From: Bdellovibrionales bacterium | GTDB taxonomy: Bacteria; Bdellovibrionota; Bdellovibrionia; Bdellovibrionales; UBA1609 | Reading direction: 5' to 3' | NCBI GenBank assembly: GCA_041740515.1 | Contig: JBGSLV010000036.1 | Span: forward strand, 4,429-68,428 | Length of the DNA stretch: 64,000 bases | Part shown: positions 29,235 through 39,162 of the stretch, in pieces | How the letters are laid out: every line of letters begins with the position of its first letter | Numbering within the stretch: the stretch's first letter is position 1 | Notes under the pieces: generated by a model | Told to the model about the DNA's origin: nothing | The model's database searches: none | Seen by the model: the letters and a program-made list of their open reading frames with translations, nothing else | Translations under genes and position numbers: made by a program

Positions 29235-29879
29235 CTAGTAAGGATTGTGAGAGTAAAATTGCACGCCATCAATCCATTGGTCATGTCCACCACCATCAAA
29301 ATCAGAGAACATTAACCAAACATTCACATTATTGAAACAAGAAAGATTTACCCACAGGTCTTCTATGAATGGTCCGTCTTCGTCAGTGCCCATAGGTACT
29401 TCGACATAGTTAAAAAGATCTTGATCCGCTGTAAATTCGGCACCATTAAATCTAACAGTAAAAAATCCTTCAGCTCCGTAATTTAGATATTCAATGAAAT
29501 CACCAGCTTTAAACGATCTTCTTACTTCATCAAAATTTTCAGTTTCAAAATTATAATCACTGGTAATGTAAACAAAATCATTTTTTACAGGCAATTCAAC
29601 AATTTTTGACATGGAAATGTAAGTTGCAGCTGGTAAAGCTCGTCCAGGAGCATAGCGGTTTCGCTTTAACACGCACTCGACAGTAGGTGTTTCTTCTTTA
29701 TTTACCGAAGTTCGACCTAAAATCTTTACACCTTTTTTGTAAACTTGAAATCCTGGTGGATATTCTCCGGGCCATCCCATCGATTTGTGCCATGAAGAGT
29801 CGTAAGCCATAGCTGTGTTTGCAATCGAAAAAAAAGCTGTTGCTAATACTAGATTTAATAAAATTGATTTGTGTTTCAT
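29235..29879 (-). CDS. secreted hypothetical protein (214 aa)
   Basis: Signal peptide MKHKSILLNLVLATAFFSIANTAMA. Confidence 0.5.
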   Translation of the reverse strand: MKHKSILLNLVLATAFFSIANTAMAYDSSWHKSMGWPGEYPPGFQVYKKGVKILGRTSVNKEETPTVECVLKRNRYAPGRALPAATYISMSKIVELPVKNDFVYITSDYNFETENFDEVRRSFKAGDFIEYLNYGAEGFFTVRFNGAEFTADQDLFNYVEVPMGTDEDGPFIEDLWVNLSCFNNVNVWLMFSDFDGGGHDQWIDGVQFYSHNPY

Positions 29880-29984
29880 AATCCCCCTTTGGATGTGGTG
29901 GAGTTACCTTTTAAAGCCCTGGCCTGTCAAGATATGTCGCCATAGTCACTTTAAATTTTACAGAGTTCTAAATTCTGCAAAATT

Positions 29985-30926
29985 TTATAGTTGGTCTTTA
30001 AGGATCAGCTCTCGAAGTTGCATAGCCACTGGACCTGGCTGGCCATCGCTTACTTTTTGACCTTCAAATTCTGTCACAGCTAACACATCCAACGTTGTAC
30101 CCACCATCATGATCTCTTGGGCTTCGGCTAAATCTTTGACTGTTAAATTTGCTTCCTGACGAATTTTAATAGTTTTAACATTGGCCGCAAGCTCAAAGGT
30201 GCGCTGCATAGTTGTTCCTCGTAAGATATGAGCCAGACTAGGTTTTATTAAGGCTCCATCGGCGGTAAGCACAATCAAATTTTCTGTACTACCTTCAGTG
30301 ATAAAGCCCTGTGAATTAACCCCAATAGTAAAATCAAGCCCCCTATCAATGGCTTCTTTTTTCATTAAAACATTTTGCAGATAGTTGCAGCTTTTAATCT
30401 GAGCCAGCCAACCTTCTTTAGGCGATATTTGTGAAAGTCCAATGCGAACACCCATTTTATGTTTAAGTTCAGGGACAGGTTGAAGAGTTGTAACCACTAA
30501 ATAGAGCTGTGCACCTAGAGTGTCGTAAGGACTAGTTGAAAATGATCCAGGCCCGCGGCTTAGAAATAATCGTAAGATGGCGTTTTGTAAGTTTGAAGCT
30601 TGTAAAGTCTGCTGCATTATCTGTTCAAGCTCAGTCCTTGTATAAGGACATATTAAACCGATGGCTGCTGCCGATCGCTCTAATCTATCTAAGTGTTCCT
30701 TTAATAAATAAATTTTACTGTTAATAACTTTTAAGGCTTCAAATACGGCATCACCTCGGTGGACTTGATGATCATCAATGGGTACAAACATACGAGTTGG
30801 GTCTATGACAATACCGTTCCACCAAGACGAAAACATAGCTTTATAATTTGATCTTTGGGTATTTTGTGGGTTTGACTGCAAAGCTTTTAGCCATTCGTCC
30901 GCTTGAAAAATTTTAATTGTGCTCAT
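29985..30926 (-). CDS. class IV (fold-type IV) PLP aminotransferase family protein (BCAT / D-aa aminotransferase / ADC lyase-like)
   Basis: 'FVPIDDHQVHRGDAVFEALKV...LLKEHLDRLERSA' resembles the class IV N-terminal signature. Probable start at the MSTIK Met. Confidence 0.65.
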   Translation of the reverse strand: MSTIKIFQADEWLKALQSNPQNTQRSNYKAMFSSWWNGIVIDPTRMFVPIDDHQVHRGDAVFEALKVINSKIYLLKEHLDRLERSAAAIGLICPYTRTELEQIMQQTLQASNLQNAILRLFLSRGPGSFSTSPYDTLGAQLYLVVTTLQPVPELKHKMGVRIGLSQISPKEGWLAQIKSCNYLQNVLMKKEAIDRGLDFTIGVNSQGFITEGSTENLIVLTADGALIKPSLAHILRGTTMQRTFELAANVKTIKIRQEANLTVKDLAEAQEIMMVGTTLDVLAVTEFEGQKVSDGQPGPVAMQLRELILKDQL

Positions 30927-31267
30927 GCAATCCTCATAAAAACTTAATACCAAAAGAACTTAAAGCCAGTATGGCATTGCTTTTAAAAAATAGAAAGAAC
31001 TGGTGCTTAGCTTTAACTCTTATTTATCCGTACCTAATGCAACAAGCTAGTGATGGGACAATATAAATTATCCCATCACTAAAATTGTTTATCTGCACGA
31101 GCGTTATATATTGTGTGAAGAAAAAAGAAATATAATATCTGAAATTAAATTTTTAAAGCTAGAGATTGCAGATTCACAAATGCTTATTTAAAATTTTAAT
31201 TTAAAAATTTGCTACTTTAACAGACTTGCAACTTTAAAAATCTTTTCTATGAACTTTAAAATTACTT

Positions 31268-32710
31268 TTGCAAAATAAATGGGAGCTTATAATGGATTCG
31301 TTGGGATTTAACATAGATGGAAGCTTACAGCTCATTGTAATTATAGCCGCCGTTTTTTTGGGTTTATCTTTAGTCATTGCGCTACTGCTTCGAAGAGTCG
31401 TGCACACCAATGAAGTGCATATCGTGCAATCAGGCAAAGCCACTGTCTCTTACGGTAAAGATCATCCTTCTGGAAATTCATACTACGAATGGCCCTCTTG
31501 GATTCCGAAATTTGGGATTGTGAAAATTGTTCTGCCGGTGTCGGTTTTTGATGAAGATCTTGAATCTTATGAAGCTTACGATAAGGGACGCTTGCCCTTT
31601 GTTGTTGATATCAAAGCTTTTTTTCGCATTACTGATTCGAATGTGGCCGCCCAACGCGTCAGTTCGTTTGATGAACTTCGAAGTCAACTTAGAGCCATTC
31701 TACAAGGTGCCACTCGAACCATTTTGGCCTCTGCCGATATTGAAGATATTATGCAAGGTCGAAGTCAATTTGGCGAAATGTTTACCCAAGAAGTTGAACT
31801 GCAACTAAAAAACTGGGGTGTTTCCACAGTAAAAAATATTGAACTTATGGATATTCGAGACTCTACGTCTTCGAATGTCATTCGTAATATTATGGAAAAG
31901 AAAAAATCATTGATTGAAATGCAAAGTCGAATTGAAGTGGCTGAAAATATGAAGCGAGCCAGTATTGCTGAAATTGAAGCCAAAAGAGAGACCGACATCC
32001 AATTGCAAGAAGCTTTACAACGAGTTGGATCAAGGACTGCTGAAAAAGATCAAGCTGTTGGAATTTCAAATGAAAAGGCCCAACAGTCTATCAAACAAGA
32101 AGCCAAAGCCACTGTTGAAAAAGAATTGGCTATTTTAAAATTACAACAGATTACCGAAGCTGAAATCGCCAAAAGTGTTGAGATTGTTAAAGCCAATCAA
32201 GATAAAGAAACCGCCAGTATTATAAAAGAAAAAGCTCTTATTCTGGCTTCCCAGGATAAAGAGACCAAAATTCTAGTGGCTGAAGGGGAAAAGGCCACGA
32301 CCATTTTAGTGGCCGAAGGAAATTTAGAAAGTAAAAAACGCGAGTCGGAAGGGATTGCTGTGGAAGGTACATCACGCGCCGAAGCTGAAAAAGCGATGCA
32401 ACTGGCCCCCGTCCAAGCCCAAATTGTTCTAGCCAAAGAGATAGGTAACAACGAAGGTTATCAAAAATATCTTGTAACTATTGAGCAAGTTAAAGCCAAT
32501 CAAGCCGTTGGTATCGAACAAGCTCGTGCACTTGCTGAAGCTGAATTAAAAATCATCGCCAACTCGGGCAATGTGGAAAGTGGCATGAAAGGTTTAATGG
32601 ATGTATTTTCAGCAAATGGTGGAACTCAGTTGGGTGCAATGCTCGAAGGCTTAGCCCAATCCGAACAAGGTGAAGCTATTTTAAGTAAAATTGGCCTTAA
32701 AAAACATTAG
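31268..32710 (+). CDS. SPFH/band-7 flotillin-like protein
   Basis: N-terminal TM (LIVIIAAVFLGLSLVIALLL) and SPFH core, followed by a long EA/KE-rich coiled-coil region typical of flotillin (FloT/YqiK-like). Confidence 0.7.
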   Translation: MQNKWELIMDSLGFNIDGSLQLIVIIAAVFLGLSLVIALLLRRVVHTNEVHIVQSGKATVSYGKDHPSGNSYYEWPSWIPKFGIVKIVLPVSVFDEDLESYEAYDKGRLPFVVDIKAFFRITDSNVAAQRVSSFDELRSQLRAILQGATRTILASADIEDIMQGRSQFGEMFTQEVELQLKNWGVSTVKNIELMDIRDSTSSNVIRNIMEKKKSLIEMQSRIEVAENMKRASIAEIEAKRETDIQLQEALQRVGSRTAEKDQAVGISNEKAQQSIKQEAKATVEKELAILKLQQITEAEIAKSVEIVKANQDKETASIIKEKALILASQDKETKILVAEGEKATTILVAEGNLESKKRESEGIAVEGTSRAEAEKAMQLAPVQAQIVLAKEIGNNEGYQKYLVTIEQVKANQAVGIEQARALAEAELKIIANSGNVESGMKGLMDVFSANGGTQLGAMLEGLAQSEQGEAILSKIGLKKH

Positions 32711-32765
32711 GGCCTTGGCTTAGATTATGCTTTAATATTTTTTTTAAGCCAAATTCGGGGGTTTT

Positions 32766-35135
32766 ATGTCTGAGCTTAATACTGTTGTTTTAACTAAAGC
32801 CTATAAAAATCTAAGTTATCAACCAGAGCAGATTCTTAAATCGTTACAAATGTTAATCGATGAAAAGTCCACGATTCCATTTGTTTCTAGATATCGAAAA
32901 GAAGCCACAGGAGGGCTTGATGATCTAGCCCTGATTGAAATCTTGGATACCTATAATGACGGTGTGGAGCAAGAAGACCGAAGACTATTTATTCTTGAAA
33001 CGATAAAAAAACTTGAAAAGTTAACTCCTGAATTAGAAAAAGCCATATTAAATGCCAATTCATTAAATCAACTGGAAGACCTCTATGCTCCTTACAAAAG
33101 TAAAGTCAAAACTAAGGCCCAAGTGGCTTTTGAAAAAGGCTTAAAACCTTTAGCTGAACTTTTAAAAACAACAACCCTAAAGCTGCATGAATTGGAGAGC
33201 CAGAAAGGCAAAGAGTTTCTTACCAAAGAAAATCAATTGGTAACCTTTACTGAAGCTGTTGATGGCGCATCGGATATCATCATTGAAGAGATTGCCAACA
33301 CTCCCGAACTCAAAGACGAATTCAGACGAATGTATTGGGTGGATGCCACTTTAAAATCAAAACTAAAAAAGGGCGCTGAAAAAATTGCGGATCACGTCAA
33401 GTACCAAGATTATTTTGAGTTTGAACAAAAGCTTGCAACGCTGAAAGAGCCCAAAAATAATTTTAGATTCTTAGCACTTCGCCGAGGTGCCAATGAAAAG
33501 ATTCTTAGTCTTGATCTAGTCTTTGACGAAGTGTTTGCTAGCAAAATTATTAAAGCAAAAATGTTTCCTAAGCTCTCGTCCTTAGGATGCCAAGAGGTTT
33601 TAGAGTCTTGCGTTCAGAAAGCTTACATCCAATACATTCACCGAAGTTTAGAAACTGAGATTAAAAGTGAACTTAAAGATTTAGGGGATGAATCTGCGAT
33701 TAAAATATTTGGTGAAAATTTAAAAAATTTACTTTTGCAACCCTATATTGGGCAAAAAGCCATTTTAGGATTAGATCCTGGAGTTCGAACAGGTGTTAAA
33801 GCTGTTGCTATCGACAAAAATGGCAACTATCTTTTTGACTCTGTTGTATATCCTCACCCACCTAAAAACGACAAAGTGGGCTCCGCAAAAACAATCAATT
33901 TGTTTTTAGAAAAATTTAATATCGAGTTTATCGCGATCGGTAGTGGAACTTATGGCCGCGAGACCTTACAATTTTTGCAAGAACATATTCCATTAGTCCA
34001 AACAAATAAAGTTAAAGCCGTTCTTGTGAATGAAGATGGAGCAAGTATTTATTCGGCTAGCGCCATAGCGCGTGAAGAGTTTCCTGATAAAGATGTCACG
34101 GTTCGAGGGGCTATAAGTATCGCAAGGCGCTTTCAAGATCCTTTAGCCGAATTAGTAAAAATAGATCCAAAGTCTATTGGTGTTGGTCAGTATCAACATG
34201 ATGTTAATCCCGTGAAGTTAAAAAAATCTTTAGGCTATGTTGTCGAAGCCTGCGTGAATCATGTGGGTGTAGATTTAAATACCGCCAGCTTCTCGCTTTT
34301 GTCTTATGTTTCTGGCATTGGACCTGGTGTTGCAAAAAGTATAGTTACAACTCGGGAAAAACTAGGGGGATTCAAAGACCGAAAGCAACTGCTTAAAGTC
34401 TCTCGCTTTACTGAAAAGACTTTTGAACAGTCCGCAGGATTTTTACGAATTCATGGTGGACCTAATCCTTTAGACGCTACTTTCATTCACCCCGAGGCTT
34501 ACCCCATCTTAGAAAAGTGGTGCAAAACTAATAAAATCAAACTTGAGGATTTACCAAAATCCAAAGAAAATATCGAGCTCCTAGCGAAAGATAAAACTTT
34601 CAGATCTGATATTGGTGATTACACACATGATGATATCGTAAAGTGCTTAAAGGCTCCCACACAAGATCCTAGAACAGCTTTTGAGCCCTTCAGTTATCGT
34701 AATGACATCAAAGAGATTCAAGATCTAAAGTTAGGTCAAATTTATCCAGGTCTGGTCACCAACATCACTCAGTTTGGGGCGTTCGTAGATATTGGCATCA
34801 AAGAAAATGCTCTTATTCATATTTCGCAAATGTCGGATACCTTTGTTGACAATCCACTGGCTGTTTTAAAAGTTGGCGAAACTGTGAAAGGACGACTGAT
34901 TGATTTAGATGTAGATCGAAAACGCATTTCGCTGTCGTTAAAATCTAACCCCGAGATGGGTAATAAAACGAATTCGAATCAACGACCTAAAAATAGTGAT
35001 CGGTCTATAAAATCTGTTGATAGAGTCAACAATAAATACGATGGTCCTCAAAAGAATAAATCTAATAACAGGCCGATTGATACTTCTAACGAAAGCTCAA
35101 ATCCCTTTGCGGCCCTAAAAAAACTTAAACTTTAA
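32766..35135 (+). CDS. tex: transcription accessory protein Tex (S1 RNA-binding domain protein)
   Basis: 'SRYRKEATGGLDD' N-terminus, YqgF/RNase-H-like and HhH regions, C-terminal S1 domain 'GQIYPGLVTNITQFGAFVDIGIKENALIHISQM...GRLIDLDVDRKRISLSLK'. Confidence 0.85.
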   Translation: MSELNTVVLTKAYKNLSYQPEQILKSLQMLIDEKSTIPFVSRYRKEATGGLDDLALIEILDTYNDGVEQEDRRLFILETIKKLEKLTPELEKAILNANSLNQLEDLYAPYKSKVKTKAQVAFEKGLKPLAELLKTTTLKLHELESQKGKEFLTKENQLVTFTEAVDGASDIIIEEIANTPELKDEFRRMYWVDATLKSKLKKGAEKIADHVKYQDYFEFEQKLATLKEPKNNFRFLALRRGANEKILSLDLVFDEVFASKIIKAKMFPKLSSLGCQEVLESCVQKAYIQYIHRSLETEIKSELKDLGDESAIKIFGENLKNLLLQPYIGQKAILGLDPGVRTGVKAVAIDKNGNYLFDSVVYPHPPKNDKVGSAKTINLFLEKFNIEFIAIGSGTYGRETLQFLQEHIPLVQTNKVKAVLVNEDGASIYSASAIAREEFPDKDVTVRGAISIARRFQDPLAELVKIDPKSIGVGQYQHDVNPVKLKKSLGYVVEACVNHVGVDLNTASFSLLSYVSGIGPGVAKSIVTTREKLGGFKDRKQLLKVSRFTEKTFEQSAGFLRIHGGPNPLDATFIHPEAYPILEKWCKTNKIKLEDLPKSKENIELLAKDKTFRSDIGDYTHDDIVKCLKAPTQDPRTAFEPFSYRNDIKEIQDLKLGQIYPGLVTNITQFGAFVDIGIKENALIHISQMSDTFVDNPLAVLKVGETVKGRLIDLDVDRKRISLSLKSNPEMGNKTNSNQRPKNSDRSIKSVDRVNNKYDGPQKNKSNNRPIDTSNESSNPFAALKKLKL

Positions 35136-35140
35136 TGCTT

Positions 35141-35229
35141 TAGTACTTTAGTACTCTAGTAATTTAATAATTTGGTATTTTAGTATTTTAAAATATTAAA
35201 ATATTAAAATATTAAAATATTAAAATATT
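35141..35229. repeat. AT-only microsatellites: (TAGTACTY)x3-like, then (AAAATATT)x5
   Basis: Direct reading: tagtactt tagtactc tagtaatt ... then aaaatatt x5 (35190-35229). Confidence 0.8.
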
Positions 35230-35242
35230 ATTAAAAACAAAA

Positions 35243-35328
35243 TTGACACTAACTTAATTTTCACAAAACAAAAAATCGAAGTCGCTACTCCTAAAATTAA
35301 GTTAATATCTTGTGTTAACTTAATTTTA
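35243..35328. promoter_or_regulatory. candidate promoter/operator: TTGACA -35, followed by three copies of half-site TAACTTAATTTT (one direct, then a 14-bp inverted pair with 9-bp spacer)
   Basis: TTGACA at 35243-35248. Half-site at 35250-35261. Perfect palindrome TAAAATTAAGTTAA(9)TTAACTTAATTTTA at 35292-35328. Sits upstream of CDS 35387-35887. Confidence 0.4.
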
Positions 35329-35386
35329 GCTTGTCTAGCTGAGTGAATAGAATAAAAGGGATATAAGAAGAGTTAAGCCAAGATGT

Positions 35387-35887
35387 ATGGCTTATTTTAT
35401 TTTACAACCAATATACAAATTCCAGGGGGGAATTATGACACTATTAAATAAGATACTATTTATCGCTGTTGCACTTTTTAGTTTTAACACTTTTGCTACA
35501 GTTGATGGCTTTACTGAAGCTTGGATTGTTGTTGAAGATTTTAATGAAGAGGACAGATTTTTTGTCCAAAAAGTCCCCGTTATTGGATGTTATGGTTTGC
35601 CTCAAGGCCCGCAAGTTGTTCAGTTTGTTTCTGAATATAAAGTTAAATCATCTTTAGGTTGTGGGGACGATAGTGAAGATATGATGAACATCAATGCTTT
35701 ATCCTGTGCCACACTTGAAGACTCTATCGAAGATGATGCTTTCATGGCTTATAAAAAAGTAGTGTTGAACATATCTAAATGTCCCCAAAAAAATAATAGC
35801 AAATTTATCAGGTTAGAACAGCTGCAGCTAAAAACTTTCCTCAATTCAAAAATGGCAAGTATGTTGCTAAACCTGAAGTTGAATTAG
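35387..35887 (+). CDS. small secreted Cys-containing hypothetical protein
   Basis: Probable start at MTLLNKILFIAVALFSFNTFA (35435). 6 Cys in the mature part. Confidence 0.45.
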   Translation: MAYFILQPIYKFQGGIMTLLNKILFIAVALFSFNTFATVDGFTEAWIVVEDFNEEDRFFVQKVPVIGCYGLPQGPQVVQFVSEYKVKSSLGCGDDSEDMMNINALSCATLEDSIEDDAFMAYKKVVLNISKCPQKNNSKFIRLEQLQLKTFLNSKMASMLLNLKLN

Positions 35888-36031
35888 TTTTAATCAAATA
35901 GTTTCTAGAATGTGAAAAGGTTTAAAAATTTTGATTTAGACCTTTTCATAAAATCCAACACTATCAATTTATAAAATTTAATGAATTAAATTGGACAAGA
36001 TATACCGACATCTGTAGAAGATATCTTTGAG

Positions 36032-36940
36032 ATGTCCCAAGATACCCTTGCCTATTTATACGCTTTTTCTGCAGTTTTCACTTTCTCTGTTGCGGCGATT
36101 GGGTTTACCTATCTAAGTCAAAAGGTATCACCACTTTGGATGAATATCTTTAAGTGTATTTTTTCCTTTTTGATCAGCCTACCTTTAGTTATTTACTTAA
36201 ATCATCAAGTTTATTGGTCCTTTGAACAGGCTTGGCCGTTTTACTTAAGTGGCATTATTGGACTTAATTTGGGCGATTGGCTGCTACTCAGCGCTTATAA
36301 AAAAATTGGTCCCGCACGCACCCTCTTACTTTTTGGTTTTCAACCTTTGATTGCTGGTGGCTTTTCTTATTATGTTTGGGGCGAAATGGTTTACCCTAAA
36401 CAGCTCATTGCCATTATATTTTTTGTGATATGTTTAATTCTATTTGGGTATGAGAAATTTCAAATACAGCGTAAATTAGATTTTTCGGGACTTTTGTTTG
36501 CACTTGGCGGTGTAACTTTAGATAGCCTTGGAGTAATCTTAACTCGCTATGGTTTTAATGAAAATCCGCAGTTAACAGGCGTTGAAGCCCAATACTTAAG
36601 AACACTAGCGGCCTTAGTTAGCTTTACGGTCTTGATTCCATTTATTAGATTAAAAATTATCGAATTAAATTTTATTAAAAACTTTTTAGCACTCACATCT
36701 GGCGAAAAGCTACTGGCTTCAGTAGCCAGTTTTTTGGGTACTTTTTTATCCCTCGCCTTTTACATGCAAGCTGTTAAAATCGGTAAACTAGCAGCAGTCA
36801 CATCCATTGTTTTAACTGATCCTATGATGTCAACCTTCTTTGAATCCCTATGGCTTAAAAAATGGCCCTCAAAATATTTGTGGTATGCTATGATAAGTTT
36901 TTTATGTGCTATGTACTTTTTGTTTTCACCACAGCTTTAA
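36032..36940 (+). CDS. DMT-superfamily (EamA-like) 10-TM transporter
   Basis: ~10 hydrophobic helices in two 5-TM halves. The family call comes from architecture only. Confidence 0.5.
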   Translation: MSQDTLAYLYAFSAVFTFSVAAIGFTYLSQKVSPLWMNIFKCIFSFLISLPLVIYLNHQVYWSFEQAWPFYLSGIIGLNLGDWLLLSAYKKIGPARTLLLFGFQPLIAGGFSYYVWGEMVYPKQLIAIIFFVICLILFGYEKFQIQRKLDFSGLLFALGGVTLDSLGVILTRYGFNENPQLTGVEAQYLRTLAALVSFTVLIPFIRLKIIELNFIKNFLALTSGEKLLASVASFLGTFLSLAFYMQAVKIGKLAAVTSIVLTDPMMSTFFESLWLKKWPSKYLWYAMISFLCAMYFLFSPQL

Positions 36941-37189
36941 GAAGCCACAATCAACCTAACGAGCATAAACCCTGTAAGATTTCTAAGAAAACCAAACTTA
37001 ATAGGGTTGAATAATCATCTTCGGTGTATAGTCATAAATATTTCTTTGTCGGTTATTTGTTAAGATTTTTAGGCTTTTAGCGTTACCCCCTTTAAATTCA
37101 TAAATAAAATTAATTTTTTAGCGTATTTTCAACTTTAGTATTTTTCTATAACAAATATTTCGACGACTTAATTATATTAGGATGGATTC

Positions 37190-38167
37190 ATGACTATTGA
37201 TTTCACAGTGATCTTTAATCTGATGGGTAGCTTAGCTATTTTTCTTTTTGCGATTGAATATCTTGCCGATGCTTTAAAAAATCTTGATCTTGAAAATTTA
37301 AAAAAATGGTTACTTTACTCTTCTAAAACGCCGACCAGAGGTCTTATTACCGGTGCTATAACCACAACCCTTCTAGACTCTTCTTCGGTTGTGATTATTT
37401 TTTTAATCACTTTTGTGGATGCAGGTTTGATAAGTTTTTCTAATTCTTTGGGTATAGTCTTAGGAGCTAATATTGGAACAACTATTTCTAGTCAAATCAT
37501 AGCTTTTCAGATTGGTGACTATGCCGCTTTACCTCTTATAGTTGCCGTTTTCACAAAACTTCTGGTCTCTAGTAAAAAAGCTCAGTGGATGTGCCAATTT
37601 GTAATTGGCGTTAGTTTGATATTTTTTAGTTTACATCTTATGAATTTATCAGTTTTGCCTTATAAAAATTCTGCCGAACTGCAGTCGTGGATGGCAGGTT
37701 TAAATAATCCTTACACAGGTGTCCTTATTGGAGCTTTTATAACTCTTATCATCCAATCCTCTTCAGCTACTGTAGCAATTGCGATCACTCTAGCTAGTCA
37801 AGGCATGATGTCTTTGGATGCAGGGATAGCTATTATGCTTGGATCAGAGATCGGCACATGCTCTGACACTTTACTGGCTACTATTGGTCGATCCAGAGAA
37901 GCCGTACGAATTGGTATGTTCCACCTTTTTTACAATATTTTTGCAGTTATAATGGGACTAATAACTTTCGCATGGCTCAAAGGCTTTGTTGTATGGGTTG
38001 ATGGCGGTGGAGCTAATACAGCCCGAATGATTGCCAATGCTCACGTGGCTTTTAATGTGGGAGGCGCTTTGATCTTTTTACTTTTAATTCCTGTGTGTCG
38101 AAAAATCTTACTGTTAACCCTTCCTCAAAAACCTGCGAAATTAACACCAAAAATTTTAGCGCAGTAA
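37190..38167 (+). CDS. Na/Pi-cotransporter family protein (PNaS/NptA-like)
   Basis: Duplicated hallmark motifs 'GANIGTT' and 'QSSSAT'. Confidence 0.7.
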   Translation: MTIDFTVIFNLMGSLAIFLFAIEYLADALKNLDLENLKKWLLYSSKTPTRGLITGAITTTLLDSSSVVIIFLITFVDAGLISFSNSLGIVLGANIGTTISSQIIAFQIGDYAALPLIVAVFTKLLVSSKKAQWMCQFVIGVSLIFFSLHLMNLSVLPYKNSAELQSWMAGLNNPYTGVLIGAFITLIIQSSSATVAIAITLASQGMMSLDAGIAIMLGSEIGTCSDTLLATIGRSREAVRIGMFHLFYNIFAVIMGLITFAWLKGFVVWVDGGGANTARMIANAHVAFNVGGALIFLLLIPVCRKILLLTLPQKPAKLTPKILAQ

Positions 38168-38189
38168 TTATTTTCTACGCGTCATACTA

Positions 38190-38221
38190 TTGACCCTGTA
38201 GTTAAGTACAGGGTTTAAAGT
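38190..38221 (+). promoter_or_regulatory. MerR-type promoter candidate: TTGACC -35, 19/20-bp spacer containing the dyad ACCCTGTA-N6-TACAGGGT, then -10-like TTAAAG/TAAAGT
   Basis: Spacing and dyad position mimic the Tn501 merT promoter (TTGACT-CCGTAC..GTACGG-..-TAAGGT). The -10 ends 7 nt before the ATG, implying a leaderless mRNA. An alternative reading is an intrinsic terminator for the upstream gene. Confidence 0.45.
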
Positions 38222-38227
38222 TAAATT

Positions 38228-38647
38228 ATGAAAGCGAAATCAAACACTAGTTTAACTATTGGCAAAGTTGCAAAGCTGGCCCATGTAAATTTAGAGACAG
38301 TGCGCTTTTATGAAGCTAAAGGTTTAATCGAAAAACCTATTAAAAGCGGCGCATTTAGATATTATAGTTTAGACCACATAAAAAAAATAAAATTTGTAAA
38401 AAAAGCGCAGGCACTGGGATTTACTCTCGCTGAAGCCAAAAGTTTATTGGACTTAAATTTAACGAAGCAAGCTAAGTGTAAAGATGTGTTAACTAAAACC
38501 CAAATTAAGATTTTAGAAATAGAGCAAAAAATTGCAGATTTAAAAAAAATGCAAGCTTCACTTCGAAAACTTTCCAAGTGCTGTGTAGATCAAGAGGTCT
38601 TATTATCTGAATGCCCTATTCTTGACGCTTTTGGAGCCACTATATGA
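38228..38647 (+). CDS. MerR-family metal-sensing transcriptional regulator
   Basis: HTH 'LTIGKVAKLAHVNLETVRFYEAKGLI'. Coiled-coil dimerisation helix. Cys84, Cys118/119 and Cys129 mimic MerR Cys79/114/126 spacing. Confidence 0.75.
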   Translation: MKAKSNTSLTIGKVAKLAHVNLETVRFYEAKGLIEKPIKSGAFRYYSLDHIKKIKFVKKAQALGFTLAEAKSLLDLNLTKQAKCKDVLTKTQIKILEIEQKIADLKKMQASLRKLSKCCVDQEVLLSECPILDAFGATI

Positions 38648-39162
38648 CTATCAATATAAAATCGACATTAAGCCATGAATCGACAAATCTGCAGCCTAAG
38701 GCCTTAAAAATTTTATTCTTATGCACTGGGAACTCTTGTCGATCTCAGATGGCCGAGGGATGGGCTAAATATTATTTTCCTAATCAGGAAAATTATTTGT
38801 TTTTTTCCGCAGGGACAACCAAGCACGGCATGAACCAAAGAGCTATTCAAGTTATGCAAGAAGTTGGCGTAGATATCTCTTCCCACTATTCAAAAACTGT
38901 TGAAGATTTAAGAGCAAGTTATACAGATCCTAGGGCTTCCGAACTGTTATTTGATTTAGTTATTACCGTATGTTCTGAGGCTCATGAAAATTGCCCCTAT
39001 ATTCCTGCTCAACATATTCTACACATGGGTTTTGAAGACCCACCAAGACTCACGAAAAATTTAAGTCAAGAAGAAGAGATCTTAGAAGTGTATCGTCGAA
39101 TCCGTGACGAGATTAAACTCGCCGTTAAAAACTTTGATTTTTATAGCTTGGAGTTTAAATGA
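38644..39162 (+). CDS. arsC: arsenate reductase, LMW-PTP (thioredoxin-coupled) type
   Basis: P-loop 'LCTGNSCRSQMAEG' (CX5R) and the Cys pair 'VCSEAHENCP' spaced 7 apart, as in B. subtilis ArsC Cys82/89. ATGA overlap with the regulator gene. Confidence 0.8.
   Translation: MTINIKSTLSHESTNLQPKALKILFLCTGNSCRSQMAEGWAKYYFPNQENYLFFSAGTTKHGMNQRAIQVMQEVGVDISSHYSKTVEDLRASYTDPRASELLFDLVITVCSEAHENCPYIPAQHILHMGFEDPPRLTKNLSQEEEILEVYRRIRDEIKLAVKNFDFYSLEFK

Noticed and set aside
30954-31267. Expected NfeD-like partner gene upstream of the flotillin gene
   Set aside because: The 314-bp region has no ORF with a membrane-anchored OB-fold signature. The flotillin gene appears to be a singleton here.
31234-31998. 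Small ORFs (31234-31443-, 31478-31687-, 31527-31808+, 31765-31998-) over the flotillin gene
   Set aside because: All overlap the SPFH/flotillin coding frame, which has clear family features.
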